A DNA stretch of 63,460 bases, counting the filler, from Octopus bimaculoides (taxonomy: Eukaryota): the NCBI RefSeq assembly GCF_001194135.2. It is 5 parts of 5 records of this genome, joined end to end, with 100 filler letters (N's around TTAATTAATTAA, not from the genome) between each part and the next. Parts side by side here need not be neighbours in the genome. Positions count along the whole stretch, not along the records: positions 12,521 to 36,281 come from NC_068982.1; positions 36,382 to 40,936 come from NC_068985.1; 3 more parts are not named here. The stretch is one strand, 5' to 3'. The notes under the pieces were generated by a model that saw only the letters and a program-made list of their open reading frames with translations, did no database searches and was not told where the DNA came from. Positions 25,033 to 38,154 of the stretch are shown in pieces (position 1 is the first letter of the stretch; each line of letters starts with the position of its first letter). Made by a program: the position numbers and the translations under genes.

Positions 25033-25594
25033 ATATACATTTGTATATGTGTGTGTGTGTATATATATGTATGTTTGTATATGTATATATATATATGTAT
25101 AGTTTTATGTATGTATTTGTTTATTATTTGTAAATGCATGTGCATAGACGAAAAAAAAAACATGTGTGTTTCAGTGTACGATGAGAAAACGTGAATATAA
25201 AGTTGCTTAGAAAAGAATTCAGTTTTGTATAGCTGCCGCATCCGTTGCACAGAAAATCCCATTGTCACCCTAGCATTGTGAATGCAGCGATGCATTGAAT
25301 TGCGCATTGAAATTTTGTTACTGATGACGAAATATGAGATGTAGAACTGTGGTGATTTGAAATAGATTTCATGGGGACAATACCAAAAACAGCAATATTC
25401 AAAACCTTTACAGAGTTTTATAGATTTTACAGGCTGAAAAGGCAAAGTGAATTAGGGTTACAATCAAACACCTAAATAAATTGGTGCACATGTATAACAA
25501 TAATAATAATAATAACAATAATAACAATAATAACAATAATAATAATAACAACAATAATAATAATGATAACAATGATGATGATGATAATAATAAC

Positions 25595-26095
25595 TTATGG
25601 CTTCTGAACTTAACTGAATGGAAGTGTTATCATGTACATGTTTCGACTTCGAGTAAACAAACGGCCTACAGCAAATATTCTGCTCAATACCACAGATTTG
25701 CATTTCATTTGCTTGACTTTAACCAACTAATCATGTCCCCCAGTGGTTGAGGATATGTGCATCTCTAATCACGAGAAAGAGTAGTGTGAAAACCTCACAG
25801 CTATATGCTGGGTGATAGTTTTGGGGTTTGAATAATTGATCTCTAGAATCATTGATGTGATGGTTTATTCATCATCTTTAAACAAACATTATTCATGGAC
25901 CTTTTCAGCCGGACGGGCTACTGGACCTAAAGAAAACTGTAACTGGACCCCACCTGCGAGGTCATGCACTGTTTTTCTTGATGTGGGATCACCATGGCAC
26001 GCACATATGTTTGTGTTGCATGTGTCTGGTAGTTATGATGTGAAGTTATGATAGGTGTATTGACCTTCGTATATCATTTATCCCAGTATCACTTT
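25595..26095 (+). repeat. Interspersed repeat copy 1 (unclassified retroposon-like)
   Basis: Alignable by eye to 26505-26940 (GGAAGTGTTATCAT, AAATATTCTGCT.AATACCACAGATTTGC, AACTGGACCCCACCTGCGAGGTCATGC). Confidence 0.7.
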
Positions 26096-26099
26096 GACT

Positions 26100-26500
26100 G
26101 CTGTGCGGCGAGTAAGAAAAATATTGGCTTGAAAACTGAATGCTCAAAGCATGATGTTGGCAATAAACTTGCGCGCAGTCGCAGTAGTTCGGTAAGGCGC
26201 TGGAATCCTGGAAACGACAGAGAAGGAACTAAAGGAAATGGACAGGAAGTCAAGAAAGCGCCTAACGAGGCATGAGGCCCATCATCCACGTGCAGACACT
26301 GGTCACTTATACATGAAGAGAGCAACTGGAGGAAGAGGACTGATAAATGCGGAAGACTGTGTACGCATTGTACACGAGAGCTTAACAAGATACTCAGCCC
26401 ACAGTAAGGAAACCTTGCTACTGTCACGAACGAAGGAGTGTTGAAAGAAGAGGCAAAAAGGAAAAACGAAGGAAGAAGTACAAAGAGACGACGAAAAAGT
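26100..26500 (+). pseudogene. R4/Dong-like LINE fragment (RT C-terminal side)
   Basis: ORF 26238-26444 reads HHPRADTGHLYMKRATGGRGLINAEDCV, the HP.AD..RLY..R..GGRGL motif. Confidence 0.8.
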
Positions 26501-26504
26501 CCTT

Positions 26505-26940
26505 CTTAATTGAGTGGAAGTGTTATCATTGGTTTGTCTTGGTATAAAAGATGGGCTACAGTAAATATTCTGCTTAATACCACAGATTTGCTTGTCAGTT
26601 GTATGATCTTAACCAGTTGATCATGTCCATTGGTGGCTGACGATATGTGCATCTCTGATCATGAGCAGAAGTAGTGGGGGAGCATCATAGGAATTGAGAG
26701 GAATTCTTGGGGGCTTGAATAATTCACCTTTGGAAATATGGGTGTTTTGCTCGACATCCTTAAACAAAATTCTAACTGGACCCCACCTGCGAGGTCATGC
26801 GCTGTTTATTTTGATATGAGATCACGATGGCGCGCACATATGGTTGTACCCTTATCAGACGGGTAGTCATGATGGGTATAATGGGCTTCGTATATTTGTA
26901 CCCCAGTGCCACTTTGATGGCATGCACTGCTCTCTCACTC

Positions 26941-27014
<74 letters not shown>
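26505..27014 (+). repeat. Interspersed repeat copy 2 with (AAT)n tail
   Basis: Homologous to 25595-26095; ends CTCTCTCACTC followed by about 24 AAT units. Confidence 0.7.
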
Positions 27015-27015
<1 letters not shown>

Positions 27016-29883
27016 CGTAACAGTATGATTTATTATTTTAAAGTAATTTTTGTTATTACTATAGCAGAATATTAAAGTATATATCTACATTTTAACTTCA
27101 GAAGCATGTACTAATATTATTGTCATTATAACGTATGTTATTATCTTAATTATTCAACACACACACACACGCATACACACATATGTGTGCATATATGTAT
27201 GTACGTAGTTGCGTGATATATGTAAATATAAATTCATATATAGACATAAATATTTGTTCATATTCATGTACATATGACTGCCAATACATTTATATATATA
27301 TGTACAAACATGGATAATTATATATCTTAACAAAATGCATCCATATATGTATTTCTGTGTGTGAGTGTTTGTGTTATCTTACACATGAAGTTTTACATAT
27401 GCGCAGGCATATTCACCTAAACATATATGCATTAAATACCAACAATCTTACAAATGTGTAAATACGCGCCCACATGCAAACGCAGTTTTCGAAACACTAA
27501 TTTGAGCTTATTTATGTATGATATAATTTTGCTGAATATATTTATTAATTCATATAATAATTATTCTTGGAAACCTTCTAATTTATAAACCTTTCTAGAG
27601 AATCAGTTATTTCACAAGTTATACTCGTCTAAAACTTTGCTGCGATCATTTTAATCGTTGTAGTATTAATATTTACGTTAACTGTTTCTGTAGGTTCCAG
27701 TGTGTATTTGAAGCAGTATAGCTAACAACTATATTGCATGAATTGTTGCCAGCTTATGTCGTAAGGCTTCAAGTCGTTGCACAACGAAGATTTATGCACA
27801 TTTACCTCTTTCTAGAACATTATACGTAGGTGTTCACTAATGCAAAATTAGAAAGAAATGAAAAAATATGTAATGAATTTAACTAGTTAATACTATTTTC
27901 CTCCTTGCATACGTACATACATACAGACACACGCATACATATGTGTGTGTGTGTGCGTGTGTTTGTGTGTGTGTGTGTATGTACTCTCAGTTCTATGATA
28001 CTGCTGACAATCTATCTATCTATCTGTTTATCTATCTGTCTATCTATCTACTTATTTATCTATCTCACTGTGTGTGTGCGTGCTTGTGTGCGTGCTTGTG
28101 TGCGTGCTTGTGTGCGTGGTTTTGTGCTTGTACGATTGTAGGTATTTGGGTAAATTAAAGCAAAATATTACTATAAGAACATTGGAAATATATTTCTCAT
28201 GCGACAAATTCTTTGACAATGTATGTTGGACGAAAACCGAATATTTATTGGAATTGGAGAAAAAATCATTGAAGACAAAATCATTGAAGACAAAACTTGA
28301 ATAAAATAACGCGAGGATTTATAGCTATTTGAAACAACAGTCTCCACAATTAAACATTCTACACCTTTAGTATCAGAATTACTAGGTTTCTTTGACTCTC
28401 ATACAAGCTTTCTTCTTCTCTTTTAGGTTTTTTGTACTCTGTTTTCAGTTTCTGTTTCTCTTACTCTTGGCTTTGTCTCATTCAATCTATTCCCAGGACA
28501 TATCTTGACTTGCGTTTTTTGCATACCCGTTCGTCATATATCTATCCTTATACAGATAAAATTTCATGTAATCCTACTTCTGCGATCGACTTCTCTCTAT
28601 CAAACTCCTGAATTCGTTTCCGACACAGGTTCTTGGGTTTTTTTCGTTGACAATGATTTTCTGTATATATATATATATATATATNNNNNNNNNNNNNNNN
28701 NNNNNNNNNNNNNNNNNNNNNNNNNNNNNNNNNNNNNNNNNNNNNNNNNNNNNNNNNNNNNNNNNNNNNNNNNNNNNNNNNNNNNNNNNNNNNNNNNNNN
28801 NNNNNNNNNNNNNNNNNNNNNNNNNNNNNNNNNNNNNNNNNNNNNNNNNNNNNNNNNNNNNNNNNNNNNNNNNNNNNNNNNNNNNNNNNNNNNNNNNNNN
28901 NNNNNNNNNNNNNNNNNNNNNNNNNNNNNNNNNNNNNNNNNNNNNNNNNNNNNNNNNNNNNNNNNNNNNNNNNNNNNNNNNNNNNNNNNNNNNNNNNNNN
29001 NNNNNNNNNNNNNNNNNNNNNNNNNNNNNNNNNNNNNNNNNNNNNNNNNNNNNNNNNNNNNNNNNNNNNNNNNNNNNNNNNNNNNNNNNNNNNNNNNNNN
29101 NNNNNNNNNNNNNNNNNNNNNNNNNNNNNNNNNNNNNNNNNNNNNNNNNNNNNNNNNNNNNNNNNNNNNNNNNNNNNNNNNNNNNNNNNNNNNNNNNNNN
29201 NNNNNNNNNNNNNNNNNNNNNNNNNNNNNNNNNNNNNNNNNNNNNNNNNNNNNNNNNNNNNNNNNNNNNNNNNNNNNNNNNNNNNNNNNNNNNNNNNNNN
29301 NNNNNNNNNNNNNNNNNNNNNNNNNNNNNNNNNNNNNNNNNNNNNNNNNNNNNNNNNNNNNNNNNNNNNNNNNNNNNNNNNNNNNNNNNNNNNNNNNNNN
29401 NNNNNNNNNNNNNNNNNNNNNNNNNNNNNNNNNNNNNNNNNNTATATATATACAACTGGATTACATTTAGCCATACGCTGTATATAAACGTTGTCCTTCA
29501 TTTACACTCTACAACATTTATAAACGTACTCAGAAACATACACATAGACACACACAGTAAATTTTCAATCGCATGCAACCACTTGAAAGGAATAATATTC
29601 ATATTCAAAATACGCATGAAATGTTTTAAAGTGTGTTGCGAGATTCGCTCAGTTAGCTGGTGCAAAGAAAAGAATCACACATGCGTATAGTTTACCATGA
29701 GATTTTATTTGAAACTACCGAATGGGTGGATGCTCATATTCAGGGTTAGGCATATGTGTTATATAATTGTGTGAGTGCATGTGTATACGTGTGCGAGCGT
29801 GTGTGTGCATATACATCTTCATGAATACTATTGATACACACACACATTCGCATACACACACACACTCGCACACACACACACAC

Positions 29884-29999
29884 GTGGCCTTGTGTTAAGA
29901 AGCTTGCTTCCCAACCACTATTCCAAGTTCATTTCTACTGTTGCCTCGGGCCGAATGAATCCTTTTGAGAGGATTTGGTTGATAGAATCTGAAAGAACC
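29884..29999 (+). mobile_element. SINE group A 5' part, cut by a gap
   Basis: GTGGCCTTGTGTTAAGAAGCTTGCTTCCCAACCAC...GCCTCGGGCCGA...GGATTTGGT. Confidence 0.65.
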
Positions 30000-31934
30000 C
30001 NNNNNNNNNNNNNNNNNNNNNNNNNNNNNNNNNNNNNNNNNNNNNNNNNNNNNNNNNNNNNNNNNNNNNNNNNNNNNNNNNNNNNNNNNNNNNNNNNNNN
30101 NNNNNNNNNNNNNNNNNNNNNNNNNNNNNNNNNNNNNNNNNNNNNNNNNNNNNNNNNNNNNNNNNNNNNNNNNNNNNNNNNNNNNNNNNNNNNNNNNNNN
30201 NNNNNNNNNNNNNNNNNNNNNNNNNNNNNNNNNNNNNNNNNNNNNNNNNNNNNNNNNNNNNNNNNNNNNNNNNNNNNNNNNNNNNNNNNNNNNNNNNNNN
30301 NNNNNNNNNNNNNNNNNNNNNNNNNNNNNNNNNNNNNNNNNNNNNNNNNNNNNNNNNNNNNNNNNNNNNNNNNNNNNNNNNNNNNNNNNNNNNNNNNNNN
30401 NNNNNNNNNNNNNNNNNNNNNNNNNNNNNNNNNNNNNNNNNNNNNNNNNNNNNNNNNNNNNNNNNNNNNNNNNNNNNNNNNNNNNNNNNNNNNNNNNNNN
30501 NNNNNNNNNNNNNNNNNNNNNNNNNNNNNNNNNNNNNNNNNNNNNNNNNNNNNNNNNNNNNNNNNNNNNNNNNNNNNNNNNNNNNNNNNNNNNNNNNNNN
30601 NNNNNNNNNNNNNNNNNNNNNNNNNNNNNNNNNNNNNNNNNNNNNNNNNNNNNNNNNNNNNNNNNNNNNNNNNNNNNNNNNNNNNNNGACGGCAGATTAA
30701 ATTTGTATACGCAAATTAAATCTAGCCATGGAGGAATGTAGTGGCGGACAAAAAACAATACAGGAAAACAAACAGAAAAGGCTTTACGGCCAGACGAGAA
30801 AAATTATGTGTGTATGAACGCTGTGAAGCACGAACTTGAAAGGGACGAAGTGGTTCGTGTGTTTGCTCGGCGATAGCCAAGGGAGAAAAGGATTATTGAC
30901 CGGAAGCATGTGACCATGCCGGTCTAAAGGGAAGAGAGAGAGTGGTAGAAACAAAGGGAGGAAGTAGAAGAATAGGTGAGCAGCGAGAGGAAAAGAGAAA
31001 GAGAGGAAATACAATGGGGAAAAACAGATACGTAGTAGTAACAGAGGAAGAACGAGAGGGGTAAAGCGAGATACGTAGTAGTAAAGAGGAAGGACGTGAG
31101 GGGAGAAAAGATAGAGGAAGAGAAAGAGAAAGAGATAGAGTAGCGTCGGAAGATATAAGTTTACGAAAACTACTTACAGTTGGAGACGCTGCGTTCAATC
31201 ATGTAAAAACAAATAGTAAATGAGTATATGCATATATACGTATAGGTATGTGCATACCGACATCCACCTGTATGTATAGGTGCATATTTGGGTACAGGTC
31301 ATTGCAAACAAACGTTGTGTCCTGTTTCCCTGTTTATACACCAAAAAGTGTTCTGGAATTTTTTACACTTACGCTCTGTCTATAAACTCGAACTCTGTGA
31401 AACGGCATAGGGAAATATCCTGTCTTCTGTCTTATATCCTACGATGAATATCCCTACACTACGAAAGCAAAAAATTTGGGGGAAATCACATCGTACAAAC
31501 AAAACAGTTTATTTAGCATATGCACAGGAAAACTTTCTTTAGAGAGTGATTCCTTGAATTAACCTCCAACACAAAATTCAGATTTAAAATGAAGAATTAC
31601 CTTTCGCAAATTAAACTCCTGGATGAATTTCAGCACCACCTCTGGAATATAACTATGATCGTATATTATTCTACCACCTTCCATAATAGTTTTCTTTATC
31701 AAAGATTGGAACATTTCCATCACTCTTGTAAATCAGGTCTCCTCTCAAAAAGAAATTACGAAGTTGAAAATGATATGTAAGCTCAATTCGTTTCCACTAT
31801 AGACACAAGGCCAGAAATTTTCAGCTAGGGGCTTAGTTGATAACATTGAAACTTACCTTTATAGTTACTACAATATTAGAATAAAAGGAAACCAATTAGA
31901 AAATGTCATTTAATGTATTATTGAATCGAATTAA

Positions 31935-32150
31935 GGCGGCGAATTGGCAGAATATTTAGCATGCCGGGAAAAATACTAAACAGCATTTTGTCCGTTTTGA
32001 AGACCTGAATTAAAATTCCGTGATGTCGAATTTGCTTTCATCTTTTGCGGGTCAATGATATAAGTACCAGTTGAACACTGGGATCGATGTAAACACGTAT
32101 ATATACCCTTCTACGAAATTCCTGACCTTGTGTCCAAATTTGAAATCAAT
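31935..32150 (+). mobile_element. SINE group C, diverged
   Basis: GGCGGCGAATTGGCAGAA...TTAGCATGCCGGG...AAGTACCAGTTGA...AAATTTGAAATCAAT. Confidence 0.7.
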
Positions 32151-32407
32151 ATATTTTTTAAGTAAATATGTTACCGCTACAAACTGTGCATTAAAAGACC
32201 ATAATACAAATTTCTTAATTGGGCTCAAATAAGTGCAGTCTTATTAATCCAACAAAATTTAATTATTCATTGTCCCTAAGGTTATCTTTACGCGTGCTTT
32301 AAAAGACCTCGATACACATTAGATGCTTTATAAACTGTATGCAAGTTAAAATATTACACGTTTAACTACACTTCTCTCTCTCTCTCTCACTCTCTCTCTC
32401 TCTCTCA

Positions 32408-32451
<44 letters not shown>

Positions 32452-32734
32452 TTCTCTCTTTCTCTCCCTCTCCAGTTCTTTTTTTTTCTAAACTTCAAAT
32501 GACTTGTGGTATCTAATATAGTAGTATAGGAATGAAAGGATTCCACAAGCAAAAAGGAAAAGGGTTAAGAACCACTGCTGTAGGGTTTAATTTGAGGTAG
32601 ATTTGATGACTGCTTCTTAACAAGCAAAAAATCCCAAAAAACTACATAGAATATTAATTTATTCATTTAAAGAAGTAGTTTTGCCGCTCTTTGGAGTTGT
32701 GTACACACTCACACACTCATACACAAACACATAT

Positions 32735-33624
32735 ATAGGGTGCAATGGGTAAAGTGTCACCAATTTCTACTTTTAATTTCACGTATGCGTAATGTTTGCT
32801 TTTGATTTTCTCGACTACACAGTATAGTAGGGTCAGTTGGGCACCGTCTGTGAGAAAAACAGCACCATAACGCAATTCATACATCCAGAAATTTGGAAAC
32901 GACATGCCATACTGCTTGGCATTCGCACTGGAAGCTCCCATACGAACAGATGGTGAACACACAGAACAACCGTTGGCTTGCCGTGTTTCCAAAACAAGTA
33001 CCGAGAGTGATAAAAATCAAACATCCAGTCAATCTTACGGTGTTTGGAGTGATCATTAGTGATGGTGACGTTATGCCTCCAATCAACTTTCCACCCAGCC
33101 TCAGAGTTAACATGGAGGCCTACATCGAATGCCTGGAAGAGATATTGATGCCCTGGTTGAAGAGGGTGACTGCTGGAAGACCCTATGTCTGGCAACAAGA
33201 CTCGGTACCATACCACGCAAGCAGGAGAACCCAGTCATGGCTGTCAGACAATTTCTGCGACCACATCATCCCTAAGATCTGGCCACCTTACTCCCCAGAT
33301 TGAAACCCCTTGATTATTATGTGCGGGGCGCAGTTGAGCAAGAAACCAAGAAAATTCTATGTAACACCAAAGATGAACTGAAGGCAAGGATTATGGCAGC
33401 ATTCACCAACGTAAACAAGGAGACCGTCCAGAAGTCTTGAAGAAGATTCCGAATTCGTCTGGAGACCGTGGTTGAAGCCAATGGCGATTTTATTGATTAG
33501 ATTTACTCTTTAGTATTTCAAGATATTTTTATGTAATTTTGGTAAACATATCTGTTAAAATGAGATATCCGTGTTATTTTCCTTTTTTACGTAATTTAGA
33601 CGACAATATATTCACCGCACCTAA
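32735..33624 (+). mobile_element. Tc1/mariner DD37D (maT-like) transposon relic, internally deleted
   Basis: Transposase C-terminal half VFGVIISDG...WQQDSVPYH...WPPYSPD*NPLDYY, with 37 residues between the 2nd and 3rd catalytic Asp and an in-frame stop. Degenerate TIRs TAGGGTGCAATGGGTAAAGTGTC / GACAATATATTCACCGCACCTA. Confidence 0.85.
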
Positions 33625-34733
33625 ATATTATCTTATACTTGTTTCAGACAATAGATAGAGGACATGTGGCCATGCTGGGTCACCGCCTTGAAGAATTTTT
33701 AGTCGCATGAGTCAAACCCAGTGCTGGTACTTTTTATAGTCGTGTAGCTCCAAATCAGCCCGAACTTAGCCACATCATTTCAAGAATGATCATCGCTTTC
33801 ATTCTTTTTATTTTACAGAAACTGGTACTTACTACATTATCTAATATGGTCTTAGATATCATTTTAAAGACAGTAAGATGTGGCTTAAAAGACACTTTCG
33901 CTGCTACTTTTAGTGCATCGAGCATTGTGGCACAAGACCACTAAATGAGAAAGTGGTATCGAGACACGTTATGTTGTGGGAAGCGATTATTACTGAGACG
34001 AAGTTAAGAAAGAAAAAAAATTAACGAAAGTGAGCGATTACGTGAATGAAAAGACAGAGAGAAAAACAAATGAAGGGACAGACAACAGACAATAACAAAA
34101 TGAGAGATGACGAGAGAGACAGAATCAAATGAATGAGAGATTGACATGGACAGTTGAATAGACAGACAGACTTCGTGACGGTCAGCGAGAAAGATAAGCA
34201 AATGTCGGGAGTATGCAAATATAGTGAACAGATACACAGACAGGAACGTAAATAGAGAAGGAATGGAGGATAGAGGTAGGTAGATTGGCAAACAGAAAAA
34301 AGGAGAGAGTGGCAGGAGGACATGATTGAATGATTAAAAATAGGGGAGAAACAGAAGGGTGAAAAGGGGCTGGCTGATTAATGAGAGAGGAAGTACGTTA
34401 AGGAGAAGGGGTTTGTAAGCCAGACATTTAAGTAGAGAGAAAGCGAAAGTAGAAGCCATCGGTGGTAGCAAAATATAGAGAATGCGTAATACTAGCAAAC
34501 AGATAGCAAATTAGGCAGAGAGAAAGAGAGAGACAGATAGACAGAGAGAGCAGGAAAGAGAGAGAAGTGGAGGCGTATTATTGAAAGAGAGAACCAAGTA
34601 GAGAGGCAGGAAGTCTGAGAGAGAAAGATAGGTAGAAAGAGAGAGATTAATCGATATATAGATAGTGATAACTAGCAACGTAAAGGGAATGAAAGAGAAA
34701 GCGATGCAAGACTGAGAGAGTTACATGCAATAG

Positions 34734-34769
<36 letters not shown>

Positions 34770-34978
34770 TGAAACAAAAATACAGAGAGGGAAATAACAG
34801 AGAGAGAGAGAGAGAGAGATAGAGAGAGAAGGAGTTTTTGGTATTATTAATTTCTATTGGAAGTGGCATAAAATTTGTAAAATATAGCAACATTTCAAAG
34901 GGAAAGGATTTCTCATTTTATCATCTGCAATATAAGGAAGATATAAAAGGGATCTGTTTAGATTGCTTTAGCCAATTC

Positions 34979-35030
<52 letters not shown>

Positions 35031-35096
35031 AAGGCACTGCACACTTTGACATTCACAGTTGCGAACATACACACAATCTGCAAATACGTAACCCAC

Positions 35097-35157
35097 GTGC
35101 ACACACGCATGAAACCACAGATACAAGCAAGAGAGTAAGTACATTTGCTGCTGGCAT
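35097..35157 (-). CDS. Candidate first coding exon: signal peptide MPAANVLTLLLVSVVSCVCA
   Basis: ATG at 35157, a 20-aa hydrophobic peptide ending V-C-A, and a phase-1 donor C|GTGGGT that fits the exon at 24879. Caveats: GT-rich context and weak Kozak. Confidence 0.4.
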
Positions 35158-35289
35158 CTGCTCTCGTAATAATCGTTCACTCACTCATTGCACACACGCG
35201 AAAAGGAGAAAGTGTGTGTGTACTGGAGACCGTAGCAAAACACACGTACACAATCCAACAGCACAGTGAAGCTGTGGGAAATATTAATG

Positions 35290-35324
<35 letters not shown>

Positions 35325-35621
35325 NNNNNNNNNNNNNNNNNNNNNNNNNNNNNNNNNNNNNNNNNNNNNNNNNNNNNNNNNNNNNNNNNNNNNNNNNNNN
35401 NNNNNNNNNNNNNNNNNNNNNNNNNNNNNNNNNNNNNNNNNNNNNNNNNNNNNNNNNNNNNNNNNNNNNNNNNNNNNNNNNNNNNNNNNNNNNNNNNNNN
35501 NNNNNNNNNNNNNNNNNNNNNNNNNNNNNNNNNNNNNNNNNNNNNNNNNNNNNNNNNNNNNNNNNNNNNNNNNNNNNNNNNNNNNNNNNNNNNNNNNNNN
35601 NNNNNNNNNNNNNNNNNNNNN

Positions 35622-35905
35622 CACCGCCTTGAAGAATTTTTAGTCGAATGAATCAAACTCAGTATTTATTTCTTTAAAAGTTTGATATTTATTTTATAAA
35701 CTACTTTTGCCGAACTGCTAGATTATGTGCACGTAAATTCATCATCACCGGTTATCAAACGGTTGTGGGGACAAAAACAAACACGCACACTCACACACGC
35801 ACGCGCACGCGCGCAATTACACTTACAAGGCTTTGGTCGGCACAGCTAGAAGATATTGGAACCATATGGTTGGGAAAGCAAGTTTCTCACCATACAGCAA
35901 CACCT
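35622..35905 (-). mobile_element. SINE group A, old and internally deleted
   Basis: CACCGCCTTGAAG...TTGCCGAACTGCTA...GGGGACAAA...ACAAGGCTTTGGTCGGC...CCATACAGCAACACCTGC. Confidence 0.65.
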
Positions 35906-35994
35906 GCACCTATATATATGTATACATTATATATATATATATATATATATACATATATATAAACACATATTCGCACATACAATATATAATAAAT

Positions 35995-36245
35995 ATAAAT
36001 GCACCCTTTTAAAGCCTAGCCAGGCTCATGGGCCCGGTTTCCCGGATTCAATGGTGTATGTGTTCCCCAGCTGGACGGGACGCCAGCCCTTCGCAGAGTT
36101 ACTCATTTTTACCAGCTGAGTAGACTGCAACAACGTGAAATGAAGTGTTTTGCTGAAGAACACAACGCGTCGCCCGGTCCAGGAATCGAAACGACAATCT
36201 TACGATCATGGTGCTGACACCCTAACCACTAGGCCAAGCGCCTCC
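35995..36245 (-). mobile_element. SINE group B head with a different tail
   Basis: CCTAACCACTAGGCCA and GGAATCGAAAC (reverse-complement A/B boxes) plus GTGTTTTGCTGAAGAACACAA, as at 95-340. Confidence 0.75.
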
Positions 36246-36248
36246 CCA

Positions 36249-36281
<33 letters not shown>

Positions 36282-36385
36282 NNNNNNNNNNNNNNNNNNN
36301 NNNNNNNNNNNNNNNNNNNNNNNNNTTAATTAATTAANNNNNNNNNNNNNNNNNNNNNNNNNNNNNNNNNNNNNNNNNNNNCACC

Positions 36386-36662
36386 TTAAGTTCCACAAGG
36401 CTCCGGCAGGGGATGGTGGCGGACCCTGCTGTACTCTTTCACCACAACTTTCTCTCATTCTTTCTTCCTGTTTCTGTTGTACCTGTAATTCAAAGGGTCA
36501 GCCTTGTCACACCCTGTGTCTCGCTGAATCTCCTCGAGAACTACGTTAAGGGTACACGTGTCTGTGGAATGCTCAGCCACTTGCACGTTAATTTCACGAG
36601 CAGGCTGTTCCGTTGATCGGATCAACTGGAACCCTTGTCGTCGTAACCGACGGAGTGCCAAC
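36386..36662 (+). mobile_element. SINE group B body, head lost in the gap
   Basis: Reverse complement of 445-720. Confidence 0.85.
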
Positions 36663-38117
36663 CGACCCATATGCACACCACCGAATTGCTTTCTCAGTGC
36701 TGTTCGCTGCTGGTCAGAGAACGCTAGGACGGTATATTTCAGCCACTATTTCTGAAATGCTTAATATATCAGCAGAATGTCCTATACAAGTAAATGCCTT
36801 TGGACGCGGTATAATAAGGGAGTTTTACTAATAAAATTGAGAGATTTCACAGTTCTCTTTTCAAAATTACGGGGTGTCAGTTGTCACTTCCGGTCAATTT
36901 ACTTGCATTTTTTTAGCTCTAAACTGCATATTGACCAATTACTTTTATTGTGTCTCCACAACTTGTAGTAGATACAACTGAGAAATGCAGCAGACTCATC
37001 TTATATATGGCTTCATTTGAAAAGATACGGCAGACTCGTAATAGAATATGTACGGCCGAACATTGACACTTTATTCAAAATCTTTTTGCACTTTAATAGG
37101 TTGGGCTTCAGCTTTTCGAAGAGCGAACAAAGTTTCGCTCACCAGTTGATCTGATATTCTGTTAATATCAGATCAACTAGTGAGTTCTGCAGTGCAGCGT
37201 TCGAAACTCACTGAACTTTATTTAAAACGAAAACTATCATAATGTTTCCAACGTTAATTTTGTGAAAAAAAAATTAATAAAACTATTCAGTCACGGTGCA
37301 CCAAAAAGAAAGAACGATACTTGTTGATAATGCTGGTAATGGTAGGGATTTAAGAAACTTGTTTATTAAGACACTCCAGACATGACCAGCTCGTCTTTTC
37401 CCCCTGTAGGAAACCTAGAAACACATTATCCAACGTGTCCTTTTTCTAAGGTGGCAGGTGTGATCTGTGGGAGATTTGCTGTTATTTCTAGCACATCGAG
37501 TGACCATGTAGAGGCTCCTATGTTGGCTTGTGCGGTAGAGTTACAGCAGGTAGATGTATCGACTGATTAAGTACTTTACAGTATTTGATCCACTCCCGTT
37601 TCTAAGTTGAAGGTTGCTTTTAATCCTTCAGATAAATGTTGGCAATAGTATATTTGAAGTGAGGAGCTAAAACAACAAAGCCAGAACACCATCTCAAATT
37701 CTTTGCAACCTTTTATCTTATCTGTGACGTGTTCTGTTTGGGTCCCAGCTATGGGTTAATTAGCATATTATAGAAGAAACTCCAAACATATAATCGCAGA
37801 GATTTGAGAAAGTAAAAGGAGAGGGGAGTCAACCTCGACAGCAAATAAAGGAGTGAAGTCCTTCAGACGGTCCGATGCCCTCTTTGACACCCTTCCGGTA
37901 AATCCAGGATAGGTGGAATTCTTCAGCTCTGTAAGACAATTCACCAAGGAGGAGACCATTCCAGTGTAAAACCTACGACTTGCTGGTCACCGCAGCCATC
38001 TAAGCCCGCTGAGCCACTGTGGTCAGACCGGAACTGTGGTCAGACGAGAACCGGATTAAGACTCATATAGCTCTTAAGTACTTAAAAGATTTTGGTGCAC
38101 ATGGGTGTGTGCACGTA

Positions 38118-38151
<34 letters not shown>

Positions 38152-38154
38152 TGC

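Noticed and set aside
28300-28660. Protein-like purine-rich minus-strand segment
   Set aside because: Every frame closes within about 40 codons and the acceptor lacks a pyrimidine tract; it is probably an old TE relic.
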